From Prolixibacteraceae bacterium UBA1413 (GTDB lineage: Bacteria; Bacteroidota; Bacteroidia; Bacteroidales; Prolixibacteraceae), in assembly GCA_002304925.1 (NCBI GenBank), contig DBPT01000010.1, positions 15,615 through 79,614 on the forward strand: DNA of 64,000 nucleotides. The letters run 5' to 3'. Positions 55,649 through 64,000 of this stretch are shown piece after piece (the first letter of the stretch is position 1; the number at the start of each line of letters is the position of its first letter). A program made the translations under genes and the position numbers. The notes below the pieces were generated by a model that did no database searches, was not told the DNA's origin, and was given only the letters and a program-made list of their open reading frames with translations.

Positions 55649-57124
55649 ATGGCAAAAGAAATAACCCCGCGGGCGGAGAATTATTCCCAGTGGTACCTTG
55701 ACCTTGTCAACAAAGCTGAACTGGCGGAGAATTCGGCGGTCAGAGGATGTATGGTCATCAAACCCTACGGCTATGCCATCTGGGAAAAAATGCAGGCACA
55801 ACTTGACAGGATGTTTAAGGAAACAGGGCATGTGAATGCATACTTTCCGCTTTTCATCCCCAAGTCGTTTTTCAGCAGGGAGGCTGCCCATGTGGAGGGT
55901 TTTGCCAAGGAGTGTGCCGTTGTTACCCATTACCGGCTCAGGAATGATCCTGACGGGAAGGGTGTTGTGGTAGATCCCGAAGCCAAATTGGAAGAGGAGC
56001 TTATCATCAGACCCACCTCCGAAACCATCATCTGGAATACCTACAGGAATTGGATCCATTCCCACCGGGATTTGCCCATCCTGATCAACCAATGGGCCAA
56101 TGTGGTCAGGTGGGAGATGCGCACACGCCTCTTCCTGCGCACTGCGGAATTCCTGTGGCAGGAAGGACATACGGCGCATGCCACCAAGGAAGAGGCCATC
56201 GAAGAAACCCTGAAAATTGTCAATCTCTATGCCGATTTTGCTGAGAATTTCATGGGAATTCCCGTCATCAAAGGGATCAAGTCGGAAAACGAGCGGTTTG
56301 CCGGTGCGGAGGATACCTATTGTATCGAAGGACTCATGCAGGACGGGAAAGCCCTCCAGTGCGGCACCTCCCATTTTCTGGGGCAGAATTTTGCCAAAGC
56401 CTTTGATGTGATGTTCTCCAACAGGGATGGTATGCTCGAACATGTTTGGGCTACTTCCTGGGGAGTATCCACCCGGCTGATGGGTGCCCTGGTGATGGCC
56501 CATTCCGATGACAACGGCCTGGTTCTACCCCCCAACCTCGCTCCCATCCAGGTGGTAATTGTTCCCATCTATAAAAACCAGGAAGAATTCAACCGGATTT
56601 CAGCCAGGGTGGCTGAGATCATTCCCCGGCTAAAAGCCAGGGGAATCACCGTAAAATTTGACGACAATGACAACCGGAAACCCGGATGGAAATTCGCGGA
56701 ATATGAATTGAAAGGCGTGCCCGTCAGACTGGCCATGGGGCCGCGCGACCTCGAAAACGACACCGTGGAGGTGGCCCGCCGCGATACCCTGACCAAACAG
56801 TCCCTTCCTGCGGAAAACATCGATGAAGTGGTTGAAAGTTTGCTGAAAGAGATCCAGGAGAATATTTTCAAAAAAGCGAAAGCCTTCCGCGATGAAAATA
56901 TCCGCAAAGCAGATACCTGGGATGAATTCAAGACCCTCCTGGAAGAGAAGGGAGGGTTTATTTCGGCACACTGGGATGGCACCACCGAAACCGAAATCAA
57001 AATCAAGGAAGAGACCAAAGCAACTATCCGTTGTATTCCTTTTGATGAGAAATCAGGGACAGGAGTTTGCATATATTCGGGGAAACCTTCACAACGGCGG
57101 GTATTGTTTGCCATCGCCTATTGA
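55649..57124 (+). CDS. proS: Proline--tRNA ligase (archaeal/eukaryote-like type, no INS domain)
   Basis: 491 aa. Contains [16 protein letters not shown], class II motifs ([15 protein letters not shown]) and a C-terminal ProRS_C domain ending in AIAY. Confidence 0.95.
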   Translation: MAKEITPRAENYSQWYLDLVNKAELAENSAVRGCMVIKPYGYAIWEKMQAQLDRMFKETGHVNAYFPLFIPKSFFSREAAHVEGFAKECAVVTHYRLRNDPDGKGVVVDPEAKLEEELIIRPTSETIIWNTYRNWIHSHRDLPILINQWANVVRWEMRTRLFLRTAEFLWQEGHTAHATKEEAIEETLKIVNLYADFAENFMGIPVIKGIKSENERFAGAEDTYCIEGLMQDGKALQCGTSHFLGQNFAKAFDVMFSNRDGMLEHVWATSWGVSTRLMGALVMAHSDDNGLVLPPNLAPIQVVIVPIYKNQEEFNRISARVAEIIPRLKARGITVKFDDNDNRKPGWKFAEYELKGVPVRLAMGPRDLENDTVEVARRDTLTKQSLPAENIDEVVESLLKEIQENIFKKAKAFRDENIRKADTWDEFKTLLEEKGGFISAHWDGTTETEIKIKEETKATIRCIPFDEKSGTGVCIYSGKPSQRRVLFAIAY

Positions 57125-57431
57125 GGTTAAGGTTGAGGTGGTCACCTCCGCTGAAGCTATGGTGCCCGAAGAAGGTTGAGGTTGAGGGGAGTGGATGAAA
57201 AAAAGAGCGAGTCATCACTCGCCCTTTCACCTAACTAAACCAATAAAACTAATCAAACCTAAACCTATGAAACTAAAACCGGTACAAAGATAAAGGGAAT
57301 GATGTTACGCACCCATTCCGCCGGCTTCAAAAACATGTTAAATAACATTTTTTAATATTTATTTAACATTGAGAATTTACGCATGAATTTTTTCAAACAA
57401 TCAAATACATTTTAAGATTTTTTAACAAGAA

Positions 57432-57455
57432 AAAGGCTGCAAGTTGTGCAGCCTT
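57432..57455 (-). terminator. Intrinsic terminator after floA
   Basis: Perfect 10-bp stem AAAGGCTGCA / TGCAGCCTTT with a 4-nt loop and a U-rich tail on the minus strand. Confidence 0.8.
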
Positions 57456-57476
57456 TAACACTATTCTTTACCGGCA

Positions 57477-58454
57477 CTATTTCTTCTTCTTTTGTTCTTC
57501 CATCGCGATGGAATCCCGCATGGAAGTATCTGCCATGATGTTTTTATATTTCATATAATCCATTACCCCGAGATTTCCAGTGCGGAAGGCTTCGGAGATT
57601 GCCAGGGGGATCTGGGCTTCGGCTTCGATCACCTTGGCCCGCGCTTCCTGAGCCTTGGCCTTCATTTCCTGTTCAAGGGCCACAGCCATGGCACGCCGTT
57701 CCTCTGCTTTGGCCTGGGCAATGTTTTTATCTGCCTCTGCCTGGTCGATCTGCAATCCTGCACCGATATTTTTACCGATGTCGATATCCGCGATGTCAAT
57801 GGAGAGGATTTCAAAAGCCGTACCGGCATCCAATCCTTTTTCCAGCACGGTCCTGGAAATAAAATCGGGATTTTCCAGTACTTCCTTGTGGGAGTGTGCC
57901 GAGCCGATGCTCGACACGATGCCTTCCCCGACCCTGGCCAATACTGTTTCTTCCCCTGCACCTCCCACCAACTGGCGGATGTTGGCGCGAACAGTCACCC
58001 TGGCTTTGGCGATCAACTGGATCCCGTCCTTGGCCACGGCTGTAACCGGCGGGGTATTGATCACCTTGGGATTCACCGACATCTGGACGGCTTCGAAAAC
58101 ATCACGGCCAGCCAGGTCAATGGCGGTAGCCATGTTAAAGGAGAGCTGGATATTTGCCTTGGATGCGGAAACCAGGGCGTGAACCACATTGGCCACATGT
58201 CCGCCAGCCAGAAAATGGGCCTCAAGGTCGTTGCGGTTCAGCGGAATCCCTGCTTTTGTCCCTTCGATCATGGCCCGCACAATCACACCGGGGGGCACCT
58301 TCCTGAAACGCATCAGGAAAAGCTGCAACAGGCTGATCCGAACTCCCGATACCAGGGCTGAAAACCAGAGTCCCACAGGGACAAAATAGAGAAAAATGAT
58401 GAGCAGGACTAGTATCCCTGCAATCAATCCGAAAACACCTACTGTTTCTACCAT
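57477..58454 (-). CDS. floA: Flotillin-like protein FloA (UPF0365)
   Basis: 325 aa with an N-terminal TM hairpin, an SPFH-like body and an A/E/K-rich coiled region. Confidence 0.85.
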   Translation of the reverse strand: MVETVGVFGLIAGILVLLIIFLYFVPVGLWFSALVSGVRISLLQLFLMRFRKVPPGVIVRAMIEGTKAGIPLNRNDLEAHFLAGGHVANVVHALVSASKANIQLSFNMATAIDLAGRDVFEAVQMSVNPKVINTPPVTAVAKDGIQLIAKARVTVRANIRQLVGGAGEETVLARVGEGIVSSIGSAHSHKEVLENPDFISRTVLEKGLDAGTAFEILSIDIADIDIGKNIGAGLQIDQAEADKNIAQAKAEERRAMAVALEQEMKAKAQEARAKVIEAEAQIPLAISEAFRTGNLGVMDYMKYKNIMADTSMRDSIAMEEQKKKK

Positions 58455-58455
58455 T

Positions 58456-58929
58456 TTATTCAGTTTTTATGAATTCGACAATTACTTTGTTCGCTAGAAC
58501 CTTCAAAACCCGCACCGGTTTGTTATGGTCAATGAACGATCCCGTGGACTGGGCCTCCACGGTTTCCCCGTTGATCCTTGCTTTTCCAGAAGGCGCCAGC
58601 CTTCCGATGGTAATCCCGGTATCCCCCACCCTGATTTTATCAACAGGAACACCATCCACCTTCCCCTCGATATTAGTCTCCAAAACCATCTTCCTGCCCG
58701 CTTTGGTCCTGAAAATGTAATAAACCATCAGGGGTGCCAGAATCAGAATGACAAGCAGCGTAACAAACCCCGCCAGCGTCCCGTACGTGCTGAAGGCCAG
58801 GTAAATGCTCCAGATCAGCATCGCAACCCCTCCGATGCCTGCAATGGTGACGCCGGGAATGACTGTAAATTCCAGGATCAGCAAAAGCAATCCCAGCAAA
58901 ATCAACACAATGATGGCAAGTATGGTCAT
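58456..58929 (-). CDS. NfeD family membrane protein
   Basis: 157 aa. Three to four TM helices, then an OB-fold C-terminus ([27 protein letters not shown]). Classic partner of SPFH proteins. Confidence 0.8.
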   Translation of the reverse strand: MTILAIIVLILLGLLLLILEFTVIPGVTIAGIGGVAMLIWSIYLAFSTYGTLAGFVTLLVILILAPLMVYYIFRTKAGRKMVLETNIEGKVDGVPVDKIRVGDTGITIGRLAPSGKARINGETVEAQSTGSFIDHNKPVRVLKVLANKVIVEFIKTE

Positions 58930-58930
58930 G

Positions 58931-59209
58931 TCAGTCTATGGTAACGTTAAGATTCCGCTCCGCCAGAGCATCCTTCATCAGCTTCAAACTGGCAAAATGC
59001 CCGGTTTTGATGTCACATTTCCCCTTGTAATGCGTAATGGTGGCACACTGCGATGCCTGCGAAAATTCATGACCGCAAATCTCCATCAGGGCCTGAATTA
59101 CATAGTCAAAAGTATGTTCATCATCGTTGTGCAACATCAGGATCCGTTTTCCTGTGACAACATCGTCAGTTTCATGGGAGGGATTGTGGCTGCTTTCTCT
59201 TTCTGTCAT
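58931..59209 (-). CDS. clpS: ATP-dependent Clp protease adaptor ClpS
   Basis: 92 aa. LMLHNDDEHTFDYVIQALMEICGH. Confidence 0.9.
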   Translation of the reverse strand: MTERESSHNPSHETDDVVTGKRILMLHNDDEHTFDYVIQALMEICGHEFSQASQCATITHYKGKCDIKTGHFASLKLMKDALAERNLNVTID

Positions 59210-59214
59210 TGTTT

Positions 59215-60765
59215 TTATGGCGCTTTATTTGGTAAAGATACTCTTTTTCCGTTTTTCATTGCTATCACGAAGGCATCTTTTATACCTTCCTGTCTGACCT
59301 GGTTTTGCAGAGTGACCGCATCTTCAAAATTTGCCAGGTTTCCGGTGGTGTACACGGTGGCACCCTCTTCATTGACAAAAGTGTCGATTACCCTTATTTT
59401 GGAAATTTTGTCAAACATGGCTTTCTTTTTCGCCGGAATCTCACGGATGAAAGACCCGAGCTGGATTTTGTAAACAATTCCTTCATCCTTTTCTTCCGGG
59501 AGAGTGGTTTCATCTTCTGCTGCCGTGACTTCGGGATTCTCAGGAAGCGTTTCGGCAAAAGGTCTGAAAATTGAAGGCTCGGGTTCCGCAATCACCTGAG
59601 GAGGCAGTGTCATGGCTGCCTGCACGGAATCGCGGATCTGGTAAAAGGTTTCATAGACTTCAAATCCGGCGTCCTTCCACCATTCCTGTTCTATGGCAGC
59701 TGCCCGGGCAAAATGTTTTTCCATTTCCGCCTTCGTCAGAAGAGTGAGGTACTCCTCGCTCGATATGGTTTGTGCGAGGGAATCCCTGAGTAGAGGGTGA
59801 GCTGTAAGACGATACCGTTTCCTGAGATTGTCAGTGGATGAGAGCAGTGAATCCAGTTTCCTCTCCATGGCTCTGCCCTCCAGGTAAGCTTCTCTCGCAG
59901 CAGGTTCCTGGAACATCTCCAGAAGAAGATAAGTCACCTTGTCATTGATCCGGAAATCGATATAACGGTCCGGTCCCGGAACCTTTACCGGCTCCGTCAG
60001 CCGGGATTCAGGAATGACCGCGATTTCCGGATCCGCAGCTCCCGGATCCTCTTCGGCGAATGACCTGATTTGTATTGTATCCACCGGTAATTCTATTTTG
60101 CCGTCCGGCACCTCCAAGGAAATGACCGGCTCATTACCGGGATATTCAGGCCTGGCTTCAGCGCGTTCATCCTCAGCCACTTTCATGTCGGACTTTTCCT
60201 CCGGGGGAGGAAGGGTGTCAGTTTCTTTTGCCTGCTCTTCCGGAACCATCTCCCGGGGCTTTTGTCCGGATGCAATCTCCCTGACCCTCCCCTTACCAGT
60301 CACAAAAGGATTTACCTGTCGGTAGCAAAGGTCGGAGAGTTCATCAATTCCGAGTGCCGTTACCTCTTCCGTACCGGTATTGTTTTTAAAACGGTTGTAA
60401 TATCGTTGGGCGCTGTTCCAGTTATCACGGGCGTGATAAAGAACCCCCAGGTAATAAAAGACCTTGGCGGGGACCTCTTTGGCCGATGCCAGAATCAGGT
60501 TTTTCTCGGCATCCAGATCATAGTTGCCGGTTTCGACGAGAGAGGCTCCCAGAAAATATTTGAGCAGGTAATCATAGGGATAATCATACACAAGTCGTGT
60601 AAAAAGCGGTAAGGCAGCATCAAAATCTCCATCGTGGAAAAGGGCCACGGCCTTTTCCCTTGTTTCAGGCTGAGTCACCACCCGGCCTGCTGCGTGCCCG
60701 GGAGCTACAAATATCAGGACCATCGACAAAAGCAGGACGCTTTTTAAATATCCGGTGTTTGCCAT
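59215..60765 (-). CDS. TPR and SPOR domain protein
   Basis: Start chosen at MANTGYLKSVLLLSMVLIFVAPGHAAG (signal peptide). TPR-like N-domain. The C-terminal YKIQLGSF...NFEDAVTLQNQVRQEGIKDAFVIA segment is SPOR-like. Confidence 0.75.
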   Translation of the reverse strand: MANTGYLKSVLLLSMVLIFVAPGHAAGRVVTQPETREKAVALFHDGDFDAALPLFTRLVYDYPYDYLLKYFLGASLVETGNYDLDAEKNLILASAKEVPAKVFYYLGVLYHARDNWNSAQRYYNRFKNNTGTEEVTALGIDELSDLCYRQVNPFVTGKGRVREIASGQKPREMVPEEQAKETDTLPPPEEKSDMKVAEDERAEARPEYPGNEPVISLEVPDGKIELPVDTIQIRSFAEEDPGAADPEIAVIPESRLTEPVKVPGPDRYIDFRINDKVTYLLLEMFQEPAAREAYLEGRAMERKLDSLLSSTDNLRKRYRLTAHPLLRDSLAQTISSEEYLTLLTKAEMEKHFARAAAIEQEWWKDAGFEVYETFYQIRDSVQAAMTLPPQVIAEPEPSIFRPFAETLPENPEVTAAEDETTLPEEKDEGIVYKIQLGSFIREIPAKKKAMFDKISKIRVIDTFVNEEGATVYTTGNLANFEDAVTLQNQVRQEGIKDAFVIAMKNGKRVSLPNKAP

Positions 60766-60923
60766 GCGTTCAGATAAAATTTCTTTCGCACCATAAAAAT
60801 ACAACAATCGTGCAAATTTCGGGATAATATTTAATTTTGGGTATTCACATCCACCAAATAAGCATAAAAACTTCAATTGAACAATTTATGGATTATATTT
60901 GTAGTGATTACAATCAATACAAT

Positions 60924-61388
60924 ATGACACTACTGAAAAAAGGGGATAAAGCGCCTGCTTTCCGGGGAATTACCCAGGAAGGAAAGCCGCTTTCGCTTGA
61001 AGATTTTGCTGGCCGGAAGCTGATTCTTTACTTTTATCCCAAGGACAACACCCCGGGTTGTACGGCCGAAGCCTGTGATCTGAACAATAATTACGATGTA
61101 TGGCTCCAAAGGGGTTACGACGTTGTGGGTGTAAGTCCCGACTCTACCGCTTCACACCTGAAATTCATTGCCAAATATGGTTTAAGGTTCAACCTGATCT
61201 CCGATCCGGAACACCTGATCATGGACCAGTATGGGACATGGGGAGAAAAGAAGCTGTACGGGAAGCCTTACATGGGTGTGTTGAGAACCACTTTTCTCAT
61301 CGATGAAAAGGGGATCATTGAGGAGGTATTCACCAGAGTGGACACAAAAAACCACACCATTCAGATTGAAGAAACCCTTAATCTTTAA
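60924..61388 (+). CDS. bcp: Thioredoxin-dependent thiol peroxidase (Bcp/PrxQ)
   Basis: Start at MTLLKKGDKAPAF. Contains YFYPKDNTPGCTAEAC with the peroxidatic and resolving Cys. Confidence 0.9.
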   Translation: MTLLKKGDKAPAFRGITQEGKPLSLEDFAGRKLILYFYPKDNTPGCTAEACDLNNNYDVWLQRGYDVVGVSPDSTASHLKFIAKYGLRFNLISDPEHLIMDQYGTWGEKKLYGKPYMGVLRTTFLIDEKGIIEEVFTRVDTKNHTIQIEETLNL

Positions 61389-61400
61389 ATCAATCATATC

Positions 61401-62426
61401 ATGACAAAAGAAGAGCAGAGTGCCGTTAACAAGGAGAAGCTGAAAGCGCTTCAACTGACCCTTGATAAAATTGAAAAGAGCTTCGGAAAAGGTTCCATCA
61501 TGCGGATGAGTGACAAGCCTGTCGAGGATGTTCCCGCCATTTCTTCCGGTTCTATAGGTCTGGACGTTGCCCTGGGGATCGGAGGATATCCGAAAGGCCG
61601 GATCATTGAGATTTTCGGTCCTGAATCATCGGGGAAGACGACGCTGGCCATCCATGCCATTGCCGAAGCCCAGAAGACCGGGGGCATTGCAGCCATCATC
61701 GATGCCGAGCATGCCTTTGACCCTTATTATGCCCGAAAACTGGGCGTCAACACCGATGAGTTGCTCATTTCACAGCCCGACCACGGGGAACAGGCCCTTG
61801 AAATCGCTGATAACCTGATCAGGTCGGGCGCGATTGACATCGTGGTCATCGACTCAGTGGCTGCCCTCACCCCGAAAGCGGAACTGGAAGGCGATATGGG
61901 AGATAACAAACTGGGCCTGCAGGCCCGGCTGATGTCCCAGGCTTTGCGCAAACTCACCGCCAACATCAGCAAAACCCGCACCTGCTGCATTTTTATAAAC
62001 CAGTTGCGTGAGAAGATCGGCGTGATGTTCGGAAATCCCGAAACCACAACCGGGGGGAACGCCCTGAAGTTCTACTCGTCGGTGCGCCTGGATATCCGCC
62101 GGATCGGCCAGATCAAGGACGGGGAGGAAGTTATGGGCAACAATGTGCGGGTAAAAGTCGTCAAAAACAAAATTGCACCTCCGTTCCGGAAGGCAGAATT
62201 CGATATTCTTTACGGGGAAGGGATTTCCAAGACAGGAGAGATCGTGGATATGGGCGTCAATTTTAACATCATCAAAAAGAGCGGATCCTGGTTCAGCTAT
62301 GGGGAAACCAAACTCGGTCAGGGTCGTGACAGCGTTAAGAAATTACTGAAAGACAATCCGGAACTGGCTGCTGAACTGGAAGCCAAAATCATGGAGGTGA
62401 TCACGACCGTTTCCGCCGTCGGATAA
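61401..62426 (+). CDS. recA: Recombinase RecA
   Basis: 341 aa. Contains [19 protein letters not shown]-like (IDAEHAFD) and the [26 protein letters not shown] motif. Confidence 0.97.
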   Translation: MTKEEQSAVNKEKLKALQLTLDKIEKSFGKGSIMRMSDKPVEDVPAISSGSIGLDVALGIGGYPKGRIIEIFGPESSGKTTLAIHAIAEAQKTGGIAAIIDAEHAFDPYYARKLGVNTDELLISQPDHGEQALEIADNLIRSGAIDIVVIDSVAALTPKAELEGDMGDNKLGLQARLMSQALRKLTANISKTRTCCIFINQLREKIGVMFGNPETTTGGNALKFYSSVRLDIRRIGQIKDGEEVMGNNVRVKVVKNKIAPPFRKAEFDILYGEGISKTGEIVDMGVNFNIIKKSGSWFSYGETKLGQGRDSVKKLLKDNPELAAELEAKIMEVITTVSAVG

Positions 62427-62480
62427 GGCATCCTGATCACCGGGGAATTCTGGCTTCTCTTCCATACATTGTTTCATATT

Positions 62481-64000
62481 ATGAAAGTGTTGAAATTCGG
62501 CGGGACATCTATTGGCACCGCCGGCAATATCCGTAAGGTAAAAGAGATTCTATCCCGGGAATCCGGGGATGTGTTGGTTGTGGTTTCCGCCCTGGGGGGG
62601 GTTACCGATCAGATCCTCCTTACTGCCCGTATGGCTGCGTCAGGGAAAAGGGATTTCCATCCGGCCCTCGGAGAGATCAGGGAGCGGCATCGGGCGCTCA
62701 TCAGGGAACTCTATCCAGGAGGGAATGGGGTGGACTCCAAAATTGAGGCGATTCTCAGGGAACTGGAACAGGTACTGACGGGTATTGCCCTGGTGAACGA
62801 ACTGACTTCCAAAACCCTGGACCGGATCCTGAGCATGGGGGAGCGGATGTCATCCAACCTTATCGCCCCATACCTCGGGGCCACCCTGGTGGATTCTGCC
62901 GGGCTGATCGTCACCGACAGCAGCTTTGGCAAGGCAGCAGTGGACTTCAGCATGACCACCTTCCGTATCGGGGAAGCATTGGGAGATTTCCACGGGAAAG
63001 CACTGGCACCCGGATTTATCGCCCGCAGCAAAGACGGGGATTATACCACCCTGGGACGGGGTGGTTCCGACTATTCCGCATCCATCTTCGCAGCCATCCT
63101 GGGTGCCGAATCCCTGGAAATCTGGACCGATGTCGACGGGTTCATGACTGCCGATCCCCGGGTGATCGACAACGCCTATACCATCCCCCATCTCACCTAT
63201 GCCGAAGCCATGGAACTCTCCAACTTCGGCGCCAAGGTGATTTATCCGCCTACCATTCTTCCCGTATACAAGAAGGAAATCCCCGTCCTGATCAAAAACA
63301 CCATGCATCCGGAAGCTCCCGGAACGATGATCACCAAAACTTCCCTCAACGGCAGGGAAAAACCCATCAAGGGAATTTCCTCGATCCCGGGAATTGCCCT
63401 GATCACCATTCAGGGAATTGGCATGGTGGGCGTTTCGGGTATTGCCATGCGGCTCTTTACAGCCCTTGCCCGCGAAAAAATCAACATCATCCTCATCTCC
63501 CAGGCCTCCTCTGAAAATACCATCAGCATTGCCATTGAGGAGTCCCTGGCTGAAAAGGCGGAAGAATCCATCCGGGGTGAGTTTGAAAAAGAGATTGCGA
63601 AGGAACTGATCAACAGGGTGCTGGTGGAAGTCAACCTCTCGATTGTAGCCATCGTGGGTGAAAATATGAAACATTCCACCGGGGTTGCCGGAAAACTCTT
63701 CAGCACCATCGGGAGAAATGGCATCAACGTGGTTGCCATCGCCCAGGGGGCTTCCGAGTTTAACATCTCCTGGGTGGTGCGGAACGGGGACCTCCGGAAG
63801 ACCCTCAATGTGGTCCATGAATCCTTCTTCCTTTCTGAAAATGTCCAGTTAAATCTCTTCCTCATAGGTACCGGGCTGGTGGGGAGCCACCTGCTCAGCC
63901 AGATCGGCGGACAACAGGAGCGGCTTCTACGGGAAAGCCATCTCAACATCCGGCTTGCCGGAATTGCCAACCGGAAAAACATGCTCTTCGACCGGGACGG
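62481..64000 (+). CDS. thrA: Bifunctional aspartokinase / homoserine dehydrogenase (partial, continues beyond window end)
   Basis: My own translation from ATG 62481 (MKVLKFGGTSIGTAGNIRKVKEIL...) is open to the window end. It shows the aspartokinase fold and ACT domains, then the start of the homoserine dehydrogenase Rossmann motif (LFLIGTGLVGSHLL). Not in the ORF track because no stop lies in the window. Confidence 0.9.
   Translation, partial: MKVLKFGGTSIGTAGNIRKVKEILSRESGDVLVVVSALGGVTDQILLTARMAASGKRDFHPALGEIRERHRALIRELYPGGNGVDSKIEAILRELEQVLTGIALVNELTSKTLDRILSMGERMSSNLIAPYLGATLVDSAGLIVTDSSFGKAAVDFSMTTFRIGEALGDFHGKALAPGFIARSKDGDYTTLGRGGSDYSASIFAAILGAESLEIWTDVDGFMTADPRVIDNAYTIPHLTYAEAMELSNFGAKVIYPPTILPVYKKEIPVLIKNTMHPEAPGTMITKTSLNGREKPIKGISSIPGIALITIQGIGMVGVSGIAMRLFTALAREKINIILISQASSENTISIAIEESLAEKAEESIRGEFEKEIAKELINRVLVEVNLSIVAIVGENMKHSTGVAGKLFSTIGRNGINVVAIAQGASEFNISWVVRNGDLRKTLNVVHESFFLSENVQLNLFLIGTGLVGSHLLSQIGGQQERLLRESHLNIRLAGIANRKNMLFDRD

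Noticed and set aside
1-64000. CRISPR arrays, rRNA genes, IS elements, transposases, integrases, phage genes, toxin-antitoxin pairs, and recognisable defence systems (restriction-modification, CBASS, retron, Abi)
   Set aside because: I found no regularly spaced direct repeats and no ORFs with the corresponding hallmark motifs. The only tandem repeat is the 21-bp in-frame repeat at 48048-48099.

Overview
64-kb chromosomal segment at roughly 50% GC. Gene content and several TAnnTTTG promoter-like boxes suggest an anaerobic Bacteroidota (inference). I call about 55 protein genes and one tRNA-Arg(ACG). I saw no rRNA, CRISPR array, transposase or integrase. Main blocks in order: (1) blaI-blaR1(TonB_C), divergent from an ABC-F ATPase. 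(2) A LacI-linked sugar-acid locus with three Gfo/Idh/MocA oxidoreductases (two with Tat signals), a UxuB-like SDR, a KdgK-like kinase and a LarA-like protein, followed by pdxB and gnd. (3) A fermentation block, pta/hbd-like/ackA and ptb/buk/CPA2-USP antiporter. (4) The thrS-infC-rpmI-rplT operon. (5) Housekeeping genes: DPP-IV, recG, thyA, folA, nagB, proS, bcp, recA, thrA. (6) A respiratory block of nrfH, nrfA, an octaheme cytochrome c, a cytochrome b and a split YeeE/YedE pair with a rhodanese-like fusion. Items worth a second look: a roughly 131-nt non-coding repeat present twice (10079-10210 and 30835-30965) with compensatory stem changes; twin 20-bp dyads between divergent blaI and ABC-F promoters; the LarA-like gene inside the sugar-acid locus; the octaheme/cyt b/YeeE-rhodanese cluster next to nrfHA; an AT-rich single-gene islet next to tRNA-Arg, encoding a 707-aa lipoprotein/TM/CARDB-like protein with an in-frame 21-bp tandem repeat; and a two-gene operon encoding a W/Y/G-rich plus Ser-rich low-complexity lipoprotein and a FadL-like barrel. 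I see no recognisable defence, toxin-antitoxin or mobile system. All functional calls rest on motifs read by eye and on remembered family signatures, not on searches.
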